Positions 20,495-30,938 are shown, numbered from the stretch's first letter. The stretch is DNA of 64,000 nucleotides from an uncultured Gemmatimonadales bacterium (GCA_963773095.1 CAVYZY010000008.1:86246-150245); one strand, 5' to 3'. Program-made: numbers and translations. Notes: a model not told the origin generated them from the letters alone.

Positions 20495-22066
20495 ATGCTC
20501 GCCCGTGTGTGCTCCGCCGCCGTGCTCGGCATCGACGCCTACCTGGTCGACGTCGAGATCGACATCAGCAGCGGGTTGCCGTCGTTCAGCACCGTGGGCC
20601 TGCCCCAAGGCGCAGTGCGTGAGGGCAAGGAGCGGGTCGCGGCGGCCCTGGCCAATGCCGGATACAGTCTTCCGCTTCGGCGCATCACGGTCAACCTCGC
20701 GCCCGCAGACGTTCCGAAACAGGGCTCGGCTTTCGACCTGCCGATCGCGCTGGGCGTCCTGATCGCGAGCGAGCAGTTGCCGGCGGCGACCCTGGATGGG
20801 GAGGCGCGACGCATCGTGGTCGCCGGTGAGCTTGGCCTCGAGGGCGACCTTCGACCGGTGCGCGGGGCTCTGCCGATCGCCCTGGCAGCGCGGGCATCGG
20901 GCGCTGCCACGCTCATCCTACCGTTGCCGAACGTGCCCGAGGCGGCGGTCGTTTCCGGCCTCACGGTGCTCGGCGCGGCTTCGCTGGCGGAGGTCTGCCG
21001 ACACATTGGCGGTGCCGCTCGGCTCGAGCCTGCCGCAGTGGATCCGGCGCGCTACCTCGCGGCAGCGATGCGCGACGAGGCTGACTTCGCCGACGTGCGC
21101 GGGCAGGCGGGGGCCAAGCGAGCGCTCGAGGTGGCGGCCGCTGGGGCGCACAACATCCTGCTCATTGGTCCACCCGGGTCAGGCAAGACCATGCTCGCGC
21201 GCCGGCTGCCCGGCATTCTCCCGGCGATGTCGCTGGACGAGGCGCTCGAGACCACCAAGGTGCACAGCGTGGCCGGACTGCTCGGTGCCGGGCGCGCGCT
21301 CTGCACCACCCGGCCGTTCCGCGCGCCGCATCACACGATCAGCGACGCCGGCCTCGTGGGCGGCGGCACGCCACCGCGCCCAGGCGAGGTGAGCCTCGCG
21401 CATGGCGGGGTGCTCTTCCTCGATGAACTCCCCGAATTCCGCTCCAGTGTGCTCGAGGTGCTGCGGCAGCCGCTCGAGGACGGCACCGTGACACTGAGCC
21501 GTGCCGCGATGAGTCTCACCTATCCCGCGCGGATCATGCTGGCTGCGGCCATGAATCCATGCCCCTGCGGCTATTCGGGCGATCCGGCGCATGCCTGCAT
21601 CTGCCCGCCGCAGTCGGTGCAGCGCTACCGTGCCCGTGTGTCGGGCCCGTTGCTCGACCGGATCGATATCCACCTCGAGGTGCCCGCCATCCCGTACCGC
21701 GATCTCACGGGTGGCCAGCCTGCGGAATCGAGCGGCGTCATTGCGGCGCGGGTGGAACGGGCGCGTGCGGCGCAGCGGGGTCGCTTTGCGGGGATCGCGG
21801 GCATGCATGCCAACGCGCACATGAGTGCCCGCGAGGTCCGGCGCTTCTGCCACCTTGGCCCGGAATCGGAGACGATCCTGCGCTCAGCGATCACCCGGCT
21901 CGGGCTGTCGGCGCGCGCATACCATCGCGTGCTCAAGATTGCCCGGACCATCGCCGACCTCGCTGGCGCCGAGTCGCTCGAGGTGGCGCATGTGGCGGAG
22001 GCGATCCAGTACCGGAGCCTGGACCGGGGGCACCCGGCGCCCGTGCCGCTGGCCGGGGGTCCATGA
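20495..22066 (+). CDS. comM: YifB/ComM Mg-chelatase-like AAA+ ATPase
   Basis: VNLAPAD, GPPGSGKT, FRAPHH, LFLDELPEF, NPCPCG, LLDRID. Confidence 0.93.
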   Translation: MLARVCSAAVLGIDAYLVDVEIDISSGLPSFSTVGLPQGAVREGKERVAAALANAGYSLPLRRITVNLAPADVPKQGSAFDLPIALGVLIASEQLPAATLDGEARRIVVAGELGLEGDLRPVRGALPIALAARASGAATLILPLPNVPEAAVVSGLTVLGAASLAEVCRHIGGAARLEPAAVDPARYLAAAMRDEADFADVRGQAGAKRALEVAAAGAHNILLIGPPGSGKTMLARRLPGILPAMSLDEALETTKVHSVAGLLGAGRALCTTRPFRAPHHTISDAGLVGGGTPPRPGEVSLAHGGVLFLDELPEFRSSVLEVLRQPLEDGTVTLSRAAMSLTYPARIMLAAAMNPCPCGYSGDPAHACICPPQSVQRYRARVSGPLLDRIDIHLEVPAIPYRDLTGGQPAESSGVIAARVERARAAQRGRFAGIAGMHANAHMSAREVRRFCHLGPESETILRSAITRLGLSARAYHRVLKIARTIADLAGAESLEVAHVAEAIQYRSLDRGHPAPVPLAGGP

Positions 22067-22144
22067 TTCCCGGCCGGCCCGGACCATCCCCCTCCCGCCA
22101 TTCAGCCCGACACGCTTTCTTCCGTCATTCCCATACCACATCCC

Positions 22145-23446
22145 ATGAACCTGCGCGCGTGCGTCGTGGCAACAGGCGCTTTTCTCGCCTTGAGCCCCCA
22201 AGTGGCTCGTTCCCAGGACGCGGCCGCGGCGCCGGCACCTGCGGGCGACGTAGCCCAGGCGTTCCGGAAACTGGCTCCCGCGGTAGTGCGCATCGAAGTG
22301 CGCGAGACCGGCGCGGTGGCGCTGAGCAGCGTCGGCTCCGGATTCTTCGCCGCCCCCTCGGGCCGGATCGTCACCAACTATCACGTGATCTCCCGGCTCG
22401 TGAACGAACCCGACCGCCACCGCGGCCGGGCCACATGGGGCCGCGACACGGTCGATATCAGGGTGCTGGCGGTGGACGTGGTCCACGACCTCGCGGTGCT
22501 CGAGGCACCCGATGCCCATGCGGAGGCGATGCTGACGCCCGTCACCGCGAACCTGTCGAAGGGGGATCGCGTCTTCGCGCTCGGCCATCCGCGCGATCTC
22601 GGCCTGAGCATCATCGAGGGCACGTACAACGGGCAGGTGGAGCACGTGCTTACGCCGCGGCTGCATTTCACCGGGCCACTCAACCCCGGCATGAGCGGCG
22701 GTCCGGCGGTCACGCCCGCCGGCGCGCTCGTGGGCGTCAACGTGGCCACGATGGGCGAGGAACTCGCGTTCCTGGTGCCGGCCGAATTCGTGACCCGACT
22801 GCTGGGAAGGCTGCCCTCGGTGCTGCCGGCGGCCGAAGCATTGCGCTACGACATGGCTGCCCGGCTCGGGAGCTTTGGTGTCGAGGCGCTCGACTCCCTC
22901 TTCGTGCCCGGTGCGCCCACGGTACGGCTCGGCCCGTACCGCGCGCCGACGGAGCCCTCTGCCGCCTTTCAGTGCTGGGGCGACGCCCATGAGCCGAAGG
23001 ACGCCGCCTACCGGCTGGTGATTCACCGCTGCAGTACCGATGAGTCGGTCTTCCTGTCGGAGGATCTGAGCGCCGGCCTGGTCTATTTCTCCCATCAACT
23101 GCTCGATGGGGAGTCACTGAGCCGGATCCGCCTGCTCACCGCGAGTGAACAGGTCTTCAACGACAAGCTCACGTTCGACGGCACGCCACGGGAGACGACG
23201 CGCTTCCGCTGCACCACCCACAACGTGCGCACGGCAACGCTGACGTTCCGCACCGAGTTGTGCGCGCGCCGGCTCAAGAGCCTGTCCGGCCTCTATGAGG
23301 CGGTGCTCCGGGCCACGCCCCTGGGCGCGACGGCCCAGAGCCTGGTCACGACACTCACGATGTCGGGCCTCCGCTTCGACCTGATCCAGCGCATGGTCGC
23401 GCGCTATCTCGCCTCGATCACGCCGTCGCTGGAGGCCGCTGAATGA
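22145..23446 (+). CDS. Exported trypsin-like serine protease with Cys-containing C-terminal domain
   Basis: Signal peptide; TNYHV, HDLAVL, PGMSGGP triad; no PDZ domain. Confidence 0.85.
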   Translation: MNLRACVVATGAFLALSPQVARSQDAAAAPAPAGDVAQAFRKLAPAVVRIEVRETGAVALSSVGSGFFAAPSGRIVTNYHVISRLVNEPDRHRGRATWGRDTVDIRVLAVDVVHDLAVLEAPDAHAEAMLTPVTANLSKGDRVFALGHPRDLGLSIIEGTYNGQVEHVLTPRLHFTGPLNPGMSGGPAVTPAGALVGVNVATMGEELAFLVPAEFVTRLLGRLPSVLPAAEALRYDMAARLGSFGVEALDSLFVPGAPTVRLGPYRAPTEPSAAFQCWGDAHEPKDAAYRLVIHRCSTDESVFLSEDLSAGLVYFSHQLLDGESLSRIRLLTASEQVFNDKLTFDGTPRETTRFRCTTHNVRTATLTFRTELCARRLKSLSGLYEAVLRATPLGATAQSLVTTLTMSGLRFDLIQRMVARYLASITPSLEAAE

Positions 23447-24444
23447 GCTGGATCGAGGTGGTGGACGCGGCAGGGCGGGTGGTGGCGCGGCGCACGGCCG
23501 AGGGCGTGCCGTGCACCGTGGGGAGCGCCGTGGACAACACGCTGCTCATCGAGGGTGACGACGTGGCGGCGTACCACGCGCGCATCGACCGCGAGGCCGA
23601 TGGCAGCCTCACCGTGACGGTACTGGGCCAGTCGTCCGGCCTGTCCCGTCCGGGTGCGCCGGAGCGCGCGATGTCGCTCGCACTCACGCCCTCCGCGCCG
23701 GTGGCGATGGGCGGTAACATCATCCGCCTCGTCGACGAGGCGACGCGCGACACGCCGCCCGTGAGTGTCCGTGCCGCCGAACCACCAGCGGCAGGCTGGA
23801 GGGCTTTCGTGGCGCGCCGGCCCGTCCAGTGGGGTGCAGCGGGCCTTCTCGCGCTGGGCGGCGCCGCGATCGGCTACTTCACGATGCCGGGATCGGAGCG
23901 AGCGGTGAACGCCCTCGTGGTGGCGATCGCGCTCGTCGTGGCCGAGTGTGCGTGGGTTGGCCTGTGGGCAATCACGGGGCGCATCCGCTACGGCCAGGCG
24001 CGGTTCGGCCAGCACTTCGTGGTGGCAACTCTCATTGCGCTACTCGGCTGGGCGGTGGGCGAACTGGAATCGTGGCAGAAGTTCCTGCTGCCGGGAGCCG
24101 GCGCCTTCACGGTCGCGCTCACGGCGCTGACCGCCCTGATCTGGCTGGTCGCGATCCTGGCCCACCTGCGCGTCATGAACCGCGGCAACTGGGACCGGCA
24201 CGTGCGCATCGCCGCCGGTTTCGGCGTTGCCCTGTTCGTCATGGTGCTGGCCAGCCGGGCGTACAAGGGCCAGTGGAGCAGCGACGTGGAGTTCTCGTCT
24301 GTCCTCAAGCCAATCGCGGCGATGCTGGTGCCCGCCAAGGACCCCGAGCAGTTCAACGCATCGCTCAAGGCGCTGCAGGACGAACTCGAAGGAGACGGCT
24401 CGGAACCGGTATCGAACGAGCCTGTAGAGGCACCCGAGCCGTGA
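23443..24444 (+). CDS. FHA-like domain membrane protein
   Basis: TVGSAVDNTLLI..DDVAAYHARI followed by about 5 TM helices; ATGA-coupled to the protease. Confidence 0.72.
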   Translation: MSWIEVVDAAGRVVARRTAEGVPCTVGSAVDNTLLIEGDDVAAYHARIDREADGSLTVTVLGQSSGLSRPGAPERAMSLALTPSAPVAMGGNIIRLVDEATRDTPPVSVRAAEPPAAGWRAFVARRPVQWGAAGLLALGGAAIGYFTMPGSERAVNALVVAIALVVAECAWVGLWAITGRIRYGQARFGQHFVVATLIALLGWAVGELESWQKFLLPGAGAFTVALTALTALIWLVAILAHLRVMNRGNWDRHVRIAAGFGVALFVMVLASRAYKGQWSSDVEFSSVLKPIAAMLVPAKDPEQFNASLKALQDELEGDGSEPVSNEPVEAPEP

Positions 24445-24445
24445 G

Positions 24446-26188
24446 CTAGAGCGACGCGCCCGAGTCTCCCGGGAGCAGGAGGCGACGCATCAGCTTGATC
24501 GGCATGCCCCCTTCCCGCAGGAAGGCATCGTGGAAGCCTTGCAGGGAATACCCCCGTCCCTTGCTCCGCTCGTAGTCGGCCCGGAGCTTGTAGATCTGCA
24601 GCTTGCCCAGGGTGTAGTAGAGGTAGGTCGGGTTGTAGGCGCCACGCCGCGACTCCTCGTACGCGTTCGCCGGTTCCTGGAAGGCCTGATCGACAAAGCA
24701 CCTGGCCCCATCCCTGACGCTCATCGCCCGTGTGTGAAGCTTGATGCCGACCACGAAGCGACAGTCCCGTACCAGCGCCTCCTGCAGTTGCGCCAGCTGG
24801 ATCTTCGGGTCACCACCACCGAATCCCTCTTCCAGCATCATCTGCTCGCTGTAGTGAGCCCATCCTTCCACGTTGCTGGCGGCGTACAGTTGCTTGCGGG
24901 TACGCGTGGGGAACTGCTTCGAATAAAGAAACTGCAGGTAGTGGCCTGGATATGCCTCATGCGCATTGATCAGGGCCACCACGGGCCGGTTGAACAGCCG
25001 GAGGTGCTCCTCGGTATGGAGACGGTCCCAGCCTTTCTCCGGCGGCGTCACGTAGTAGAACGCCTCCGTGGCACGCGTCTCGAACGGACCGGGTGGGTCG
25101 AGCGATGCAAAACCGCCGGTCCGCGCATAGGAAGGCGTCTCCTCAATTCGGGGACGAACGTCGGACGGAAGCGTCGCGATCCGGCGCTCCACGACAAAGC
25201 GACGCGTCGCTTCGATCGAGTTTTGGACCGAGGCAAGCAAGCTGTCCGCCGACGGATGGTCGTCGGCCATCGCGGTGATCACGTCGAGGGGCGGTCGCGT
25301 GGAATCGATGCGGCGCGCTACGGCCAGCGCCGCCTGATGGTCGCGGGCCAGGGTTGCTTCGCCAATGAGGAGCAGCCGGTCCAGCGGAATATCCACCATC
25401 TCCTCGTACCGGAGCTTCAGGCCGAACAGTTCCGGGCCCAGGGCGTAGGCTCCGTTCGAGCGCGGCAACAGGTCGGACTTGAGCCACTTCGCGGCGGCCG
25501 TCATTGCGGCCGTGGCGGAATCGTTCGCGGCCGTGAACAGGCGCAGCAGGCTGCTGTCGCCACCGGCTGCAGACCTTCCCCAATCCCCTACGGTGCCACT
25601 GAAGAAGCCGACGGAGCCGTCGGCCATGCGGATTGCCAGGTCGGTAAACTCGCGGGGCGGGTTATCCATGTTCTCGCGCATCGCGGCCAGCGCCGTCGGG
25701 ACGAGGCGGAGACGGGCGATAACCGAGCGGAGCCGCTGATTCGCGGGGGCGAAGTCGCGCTTGATGAGGCCGTGGACAGCGCTACTGGGCAGGTAGATGT
25801 ACCACATTGGATTGTGCCGCCATCCCTGCACGCGCTCGAGCTCGAGAAGCTCCGCATCAATCGCGTTGCCGATCAGGACGGCGTCGATGGAGTCGCGTGG
25901 CGTCTGGTGGGTACGCGCTGCATCAAGGCGGGCGCCGAGGCGATGCAAGGAATCGATCCGCGCGGCGAAGGCAGCGGCAGACATGTCATCCAAGGCATCG
26001 TCGTAGTCATGAACGCCGAGGGCAGTCGCGGAGCTCGGTGAGTAGCGGTAGTACTGATCGAAGTAGGAGGCCTCGACCACGGCGAACGCGGAAGGGCGCT
26101 GTGGCGACGCGTCCCGCTTGCAGGCGCTGAGGGTGCACGCGAGTATCGCGCCGTGGAGGATGATGCGAGCCGCTCGGTGCCGTCTCAC
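24446..26188 (-). CDS. DUF885-family lipoprotein (zincin-like)
   Basis: Lipobox LSAC; HEAYPGH, EGWAHYSE, Y..GKLQI, FHD; start uncertain. Confidence 0.85.
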   Translation of the reverse strand: MRRHRAARIILHGAILACTLSACKRDASPQRPSAFAVVEASYFDQYYRYSPSSATALGVHDYDDALDDMSAAAFAARIDSLHRLGARLDAARTHQTPRDSIDAVLIGNAIDAELLELERVQGWRHNPMWYIYLPSSAVHGLIKRDFAPANQRLRSVIARLRLVPTALAAMRENMDNPPREFTDLAIRMADGSVGFFSGTVGDWGRSAAGGDSSLLRLFTAANDSATAAMTAAAKWLKSDLLPRSNGAYALGPELFGLKLRYEEMVDIPLDRLLLIGEATLARDHQAALAVARRIDSTRPPLDVITAMADDHPSADSLLASVQNSIEATRRFVVERRIATLPSDVRPRIEETPSYARTGGFASLDPPGPFETRATEAFYYVTPPEKGWDRLHTEEHLRLFNRPVVALINAHEAYPGHYLQFLYSKQFPTRTRKQLYAASNVEGWAHYSEQMMLEEGFGGGDPKIQLAQLQEALVRDCRFVVGIKLHTRAMSVRDGARCFVDQAFQEPANAYEESRRGAYNPTYLYYTLGKLQIYKLRADYERSKGRGYSLQGFHDAFLREGGMPIKLMRRLLLPGDSGASL

Positions 26189-26280
26189 GATGCCTGCCTG
26201 AGGGGTGACGCACCAGCATGGGGCGCGTGGGCGGCAGCCGCAAGGTGGGATGAACGGCCCAGCCCTCCCTGACGCCGCAC

Positions 26281-27996
26281 CTACCAGCCGGCCGCGCCTC
26301 CGACCACCCGCGGGTCGGCCACCCCCTCCAGGCCGTGCGGTGTCGCGCGGATGGCGTTCACCGTACCCATGTACTCCGGCTCCTTCCAGAGTGAATAGCC
26401 CATTGCCCGCAGCTCGGCCTGCACCCGTGGTGTCAGGCCGGCAGGTTCCCATCCCACGAAGTCGGGCAGGCCATTGTGGTGGATGCGCGGCGCCGCGACC
26501 GCCTGGGCCAGGCTCATCCGCTGATCGACCACGTTGGAGATCACTTCAAGTACCGACGAAATGATGGTAGCGCCGCCGGGCGAGCCCAGGACGAGCGACA
26601 GCCGCCCGTCGGGATCGAGGACGATGGTCGGCGTCATCGAGGAGAGCATCCGCTTCCCGGGTTCAATCGTGTTGGCGGCGCCCACCTGCTGGATGCCCAT
26701 CGCGTTCACCGCGCCCGGCTGGGCGGTGAAGTCATCCATCTCGTTGTTGAGCAGGAAGCCGGTGCCGGCCACGACAAATCCCGACCCGAAACCGGTATTG
26801 ATCGTGGTGGTGATCGACGCGGCATTGCCGGCGCTGTCCACCACCGAGAAGTGGGTCGTGTGCTGTCCCTCGGCGAGCGCGGAGCCCTCGAGCGGCGTCG
26901 CGCGGTCGGCCGCGATGCTGCTGCGCTGCGTGGTGGCGTAGGACTTGGACGTCAGCTCGATGATGGGCATGTTCACGAACGCGGGGTCGCCAAGGAGGGT
27001 GTTCCGGTCGAGGAAGGCACGGCGGAGTGCCTCGACCTGAAGGTGTGCCAACGCCGCCGTGCCGGGCGACGGCAGGTCGAATCCCTCCAGGATGTTGAGC
27101 GCCTGAATGAGTGTCGCGCCGCCGCCGGACACCGGGGGCATGGTGATGATGCGCCATCCCCGGTAAGTCGCCTCGAGTGGCGTGCGCCACAGGGCCTGGT
27201 ACCGCGCGAGGTCTTCGCGAGTGATGAGCCCTCCTCCCAGTTGCACTTCTCTCGCTATCGCGTCCGCGATGCTTCCCCGGTAGAAGATGTCCGCGCCGCT
27301 GTCGGCAATGAGTGCGAGCGTGCGGGCGAGGTCGGGCTGGCGCAGCGTGTCGCCCGCCTGCCACGCGCGGCCGTCACCGCGGATAAATACCGTCGCCGAG
27401 GACGGGAACCGCGCAAGGCTGCCGGCGCCGTCCGCGAGCCACTCTGCCCGCAGGCTGTCGAGCACGTGCGCCTTCGCGAGCGCCGTGGCGGGGAGGACCA
27501 CGTCGCGCCAGGGCAGCGCGCCGAAGCGATGGTGCATCGCCCAGAGCCCGGCCACCGAGCCGGGCACGCCGCCGGCCAGCGCGCCCACGAGCGATGCATC
27601 GGTGACCTTGCCGGTCGAGTCCACGTACATGTCGCGCGTCGCGGTCAGGGGTGCGGCCTCGCGGAAGTCGAGCGCGAACACTTCGCCATCGTGTTGCCGG
27701 AAGACCAGGAACCCGCCGCCGCCGATGTTACCTGCGGCGGGGTTCACCACCGCCTGCGCAAAGGCAACCGCCACGATGGCGTCGATCGCGTTGCCGCCGC
27801 GGTGCAGAACCTCCGCCCCCACTTCGCTCGAGCCGGGGTTGTCCGACACTACCATGGCATGTGGTGCCGTCACGGGCGGAGCCACGTCCGCGAACCGCCA
27901 GCGCTCTGCCTTCTCGCGATCCCGCGCACACCCGCTGCCCGGCATGGCGAGCAGCAAGGGCAAGGCGCTCCCCGCCCATGCGACGACTTTTCTCAC
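26281..27996 (-). CDS. ggt: Gamma-glutamyltransferase
   Basis: GGNAIDA, GGGGF, DFRE, TTHFSVVD nucleophile, NNEMDDF, SSMTP, GSPGG. Confidence 0.95.
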   Translation of the reverse strand: MRKVVAWAGSALPLLLAMPGSGCARDREKAERWRFADVAPPVTAPHAMVVSDNPGSSEVGAEVLHRGGNAIDAIVAVAFAQAVVNPAAGNIGGGGFLVFRQHDGEVFALDFREAAPLTATRDMYVDSTGKVTDASLVGALAGGVPGSVAGLWAMHHRFGALPWRDVVLPATALAKAHVLDSLRAEWLADGAGSLARFPSSATVFIRGDGRAWQAGDTLRQPDLARTLALIADSGADIFYRGSIADAIAREVQLGGGLITREDLARYQALWRTPLEATYRGWRIITMPPVSGGGATLIQALNILEGFDLPSPGTAALAHLQVEALRRAFLDRNTLLGDPAFVNMPIIELTSKSYATTQRSSIAADRATPLEGSALAEGQHTTHFSVVDSAGNAASITTTINTGFGSGFVVAGTGFLLNNEMDDFTAQPGAVNAMGIQQVGAANTIEPGKRMLSSMTPTIVLDPDGRLSLVLGSPGGATIISSVLEVISNVVDQRMSLAQAVAAPRIHHNGLPDFVGWEPAGLTPRVQAELRAMGYSLWKEPEYMGTVNAIRATPHGLEGVADPRVVGGAAGW

Positions 27997-28023
27997 TCGG
28001 CTCCCGTGGTCAAGGTATGGACG

Positions 28024-29025
28024 TCATCGCGCTGCGCGGCGCAGGCGATCGTGCACGGCGTTCCATTGAGGATCTTCGGGGGGCAATTCTACCAGGATGC
28101 GATCGCACCCGGCAGCGTCCAGCTCGTGCAGGGCTGCATACAATCCGCGGGCATAGCCGTCGGCCTGCGATGGCAGGCGGACGATCTGGCTGTGCTGCGG
28201 TACGCGGGCGTCGGAGTACAGCACTGCGCCAAGGGACGTCCTTCCCGTTTCTCCCCGGCCGCGCCGGTCGGCCAGCTCCTCCAGCTCCGCGCGCGTCAGC
28301 AACAGCAGCGTCGCGCGGGGTGCGTAGTGCCGCTCCACCTGGCCTGGTGACAGGCGTGGCGCATCACCCACCGGCTCGCCGGCGCTGTGCTGCAGTGGAC
28401 CGATCACTTCCTCGAGTGCGGCCACCGAGATCATCCCGGGCCGCAGGAGCCGCGGTTGGGGGCCGGTGAGGTCCACGACCGTGGATTCGATGCCCACCTG
28501 TGCTGGACCACCGTCGAGCAGTACATCCACCCGGTCACCCAGCGCCTGCGCCACATGGTCGGCCGTCGTCGGCGAGAGTTGGGTGAAGCGATTGGCGCTC
28601 GGTGCGGCGACCGGAATGTCAGCGGAGCGGATCAGGGCCAGCGCCACAGGATGGGCGGGCACCCGAATGCCGACCGCGTCGAGGCCGGCCGTCACGATGT
28701 CCGGCACGGTGACGTCCTTTGGCACGACCAGCGTGAGCGGGCCGGGCCAGAAGCGGTTCGCCAGGCGCGTGGCTTGTGCGGGCCATCGCCGCGCGAGGCG
28801 ACGCGCCTGCTCGGTGCTGGCGACGTGGACGATGACCGGGTTGAAGGCGGGGCGTCCCTTCGCTTCGTAGATCCGGCGGACCGCAGCAGGATCGAGTGCG
28901 TCGGCGCCGAGGCCGTAGACCGTCTCGGTCGGGAAGGCCACGAGGCCACCCGCCCTGAGCACTGCCGCGGCGGCGGCGATGGCCACGGGATCGGGTGCCA
29001 CCGGATCAACCCTCAGTCGGCGCAT
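28024..29025 (-). CDS. sua5: L-threonylcarbamoyladenylate synthase (Sua5/TsaC)
   Basis: PTETVYGL, KGRP..NP, FWPGPLT, APSAN, RPG, SPG...HYAP plus SUA5 domain. Confidence 0.93.
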   Translation of the reverse strand: MRRLRVDPVAPDPVAIAAAAAVLRAGGLVAFPTETVYGLGADALDPAAVRRIYEAKGRPAFNPVIVHVASTEQARRLARRWPAQATRLANRFWPGPLTLVVPKDVTVPDIVTAGLDAVGIRVPAHPVALALIRSADIPVAAPSANRFTQLSPTTADHVAQALGDRVDVLLDGGPAQVGIESTVVDLTGPQPRLLRPGMISVAALEEVIGPLQHSAGEPVGDAPRLSPGQVERHYAPRATLLLLTRAELEELADRRGRGETGRTSLGAVLYSDARVPQHSQIVRLPSQADGYARGLYAALHELDAAGCDRILVELPPEDPQWNAVHDRLRRAAR

Positions 29026-29047
29026 GCGGTACCCGCGCGGGCTGGCC

Positions 29048-29479
29048 TCAATCGTCGCGCGGCGGACGCCGCTCGCGCTTGGTTTCTCCGCGGCGCTTCT
29101 TGCTCGCAAGCCGGCGTTCCCTGGACGCCTTCGTGGGCCTGGTGGCCCGGCGGGCCTTGGGGATGGCAAGGGCACGGGCCACCACGCCGGCGAGGCGCTC
29201 GAGCGCCGCGGCCCGGTTCTGCAGCTGGCTGCGGCGGTCGGACGCCACCACGTGCAGGTCGCCGTCGCCATCGAGCCGGCTCGCGAGCCGCAGCAGCAGC
29301 CGGGCGCGCTGCGCCTCCGTCAGGACCGGCGAGCCCGGGACATTCCACACCGCCTCGATGCGGGTGGAGCTGCGGTTGACGTGCTGTCCGCCGGGGCCGC
29401 TCGAGGGCGTGGCCCGGATGGCGATCTCGGCGAGCGGAATCGACAGCGCCGGGGTGACTGCAAGAATTCGTTCGGACAT
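29048..29479 (-). CDS. arfB: Alternative ribosome rescue peptidyl-tRNA hydrolase ArfB
   Basis: SGPGGQHVN, RSQLQN, basic tail RRATRPTKASRERRL. Confidence 0.93.
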   Translation of the reverse strand: MSERILAVTPALSIPLAEIAIRATPSSGPGGQHVNRSSTRIEAVWNVPGSPVLTEAQRARLLLRLASRLDGDGDLHVVASDRRSQLQNRAAALERLAGVVARALAIPKARRATRPTKASRERRLASKKRRGETKRERRPPRDD

Positions 29480-29484
29480 GCTCG

Positions 29485-29513
29485 ATGCTAGCGGCCGCCC
29501 CCGTGAGATGCAA
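29485..29513 (-). promoter_or_regulatory. Putative sigma70 promoter giving a leaderless arfB mRNA
   Basis: TTGCAT-N17-TAGCAT-N5-ATG. Confidence 0.55.
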
Positions 29514-29570
29514 AGGCCGGGCGAGATCCGCTCGGCTTCCGTTGACCGCACGGGACGTTACGTTACTCGC

Positions 29571-30938
29571 ATGGCTTACCGGGTACTCATTGTCGATGAC
29601 GAAGCAGGCATCCGCCAGGCTCTCAAGCAGGTGCTCGAGTATGAGGGCATGCAGGTGCGAACGGCGAGCTCCGGGGGCGAGGGCATTACTGTCTTCCCCG
29701 AGTACCGGCCCCACCTGTCGTTCCTCGACGTCAAGATGGCCGGCCTGGACGGGCTCGATACGCTCACGCGGCTGCGGGAGCTCGACCCGAACGCGATCGT
29801 GATCATGATCTCGGGTCACGGCACCCTCCAGACGGCGGTCGAGGCCACCCGTCGCGGCGCGTTCGACTTCCTCGAGAAGCCGCTCGATACCGACCGGCTG
29901 CTGATCACGGTGCGCAATGCCCTGCGCCACGCCGACCTGACCGGCGAGAATCAGCGGCTCAAGGAAGTGGTGGGCAGCCGCTACGCGATGATCGGCAACT
30001 CGCCGGCACTGGCCGGCGTGCGCGAGCTGATCAGCAAGGTGGGTCCCACCAATGCCCGGGTGCTGATCACCGGGGACAACGGGGCGGGGAAGGAGCTGGT
30101 GGCCCGGGCGCTGCACGATGCGTCCTCGCGCCGGACCAAGGCCTTCATCGAGCTCAACTGCGCGGCCATCCCGTCCGAACTGATCGAGAGCGAACTGTTC
30201 GGGCACATGCGGGGTTCGTTCACCGGCGCCGTGACCGACCGGGCCGGGAAGTTTGAGCAGGCCGACGGAGGCACCCTCTTCCTCGACGAGGTGGGCGACC
30301 TGTCGCTCGCGGCTCAGGCCAAGCTCCTGCGGGTGCTGCAGGAAGGCGTGGTCACGCGCATCGGCGGCACCAAGTCCGTGAATGTCGACGTGCGGGTGCT
30401 CGCCGCCACCAACAAGGACCTGCGCGAGGAAATCCTCGAGAACCGGTTCCGCGAGGACCTTCTCTACCGGCTCAACGTGGTGGAGATCCACGTGCCGGCG
30501 CTGCGGGAGCGGGTGGATGACATTCCGCTGCTGGTGGCGCACTTCGCCGACCAGCTCGCCGCCACGGCGGGGGTGCCACTGCGCAAGTTCGGAGAGGACG
30601 CCATGACCCGGCTGCAGCAGCGGCCGTGGCCCGGCAACGTACGCGAGCTGCGCAACGGAGTGGAGCGCCTGATGATCCTGGCGGCCGGCAAGATGGTGAC
30701 CGGTCCGGATGTCGAGCGTCTCCTGCCGGTGCTCGACCCGGGTGTGGCCGGGGAGAACGTCGCGGTGACACCGCACACGTTTGAGACGTTCAAGCAGGAA
30801 GCGGAGAAGAACTTCCTGCTGCAGAAGCTCCGCGATCACGACTGGAACGTCTCCGAGACTGCGCGCACGCTCCGGATGCCCCGCTCCAACCTCTACAAGA
30901 AGATCGAGCGTTACGGACTGCGGAGGGAATCGGCATGA
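29571..30938 (+). CDS. Sigma-54-type (NtrC/NtrX family) response regulator
   Basis: REC (VDDE, LDVKM, EKP), GAGKE, ESELFGH, GSFTGA, WPGNVREL, Fis HTH. Confidence 0.93.
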   Translation: MAYRVLIVDDEAGIRQALKQVLEYEGMQVRTASSGGEGITVFPEYRPHLSFLDVKMAGLDGLDTLTRLRELDPNAIVIMISGHGTLQTAVEATRRGAFDFLEKPLDTDRLLITVRNALRHADLTGENQRLKEVVGSRYAMIGNSPALAGVRELISKVGPTNARVLITGDNGAGKELVARALHDASSRRTKAFIELNCAAIPSELIESELFGHMRGSFTGAVTDRAGKFEQADGGTLFLDEVGDLSLAAQAKLLRVLQEGVVTRIGGTKSVNVDVRVLAATNKDLREEILENRFREDLLYRLNVVEIHVPALRERVDDIPLLVAHFADQLAATAGVPLRKFGEDAMTRLQQRPWPGNVRELRNGVERLMILAAGKMVTGPDVERLLPVLDPGVAGENVAVTPHTFETFKQEAEKNFLLQKLRDHDWNVSETARTLRMPRSNLYKKIERYGLRRESA

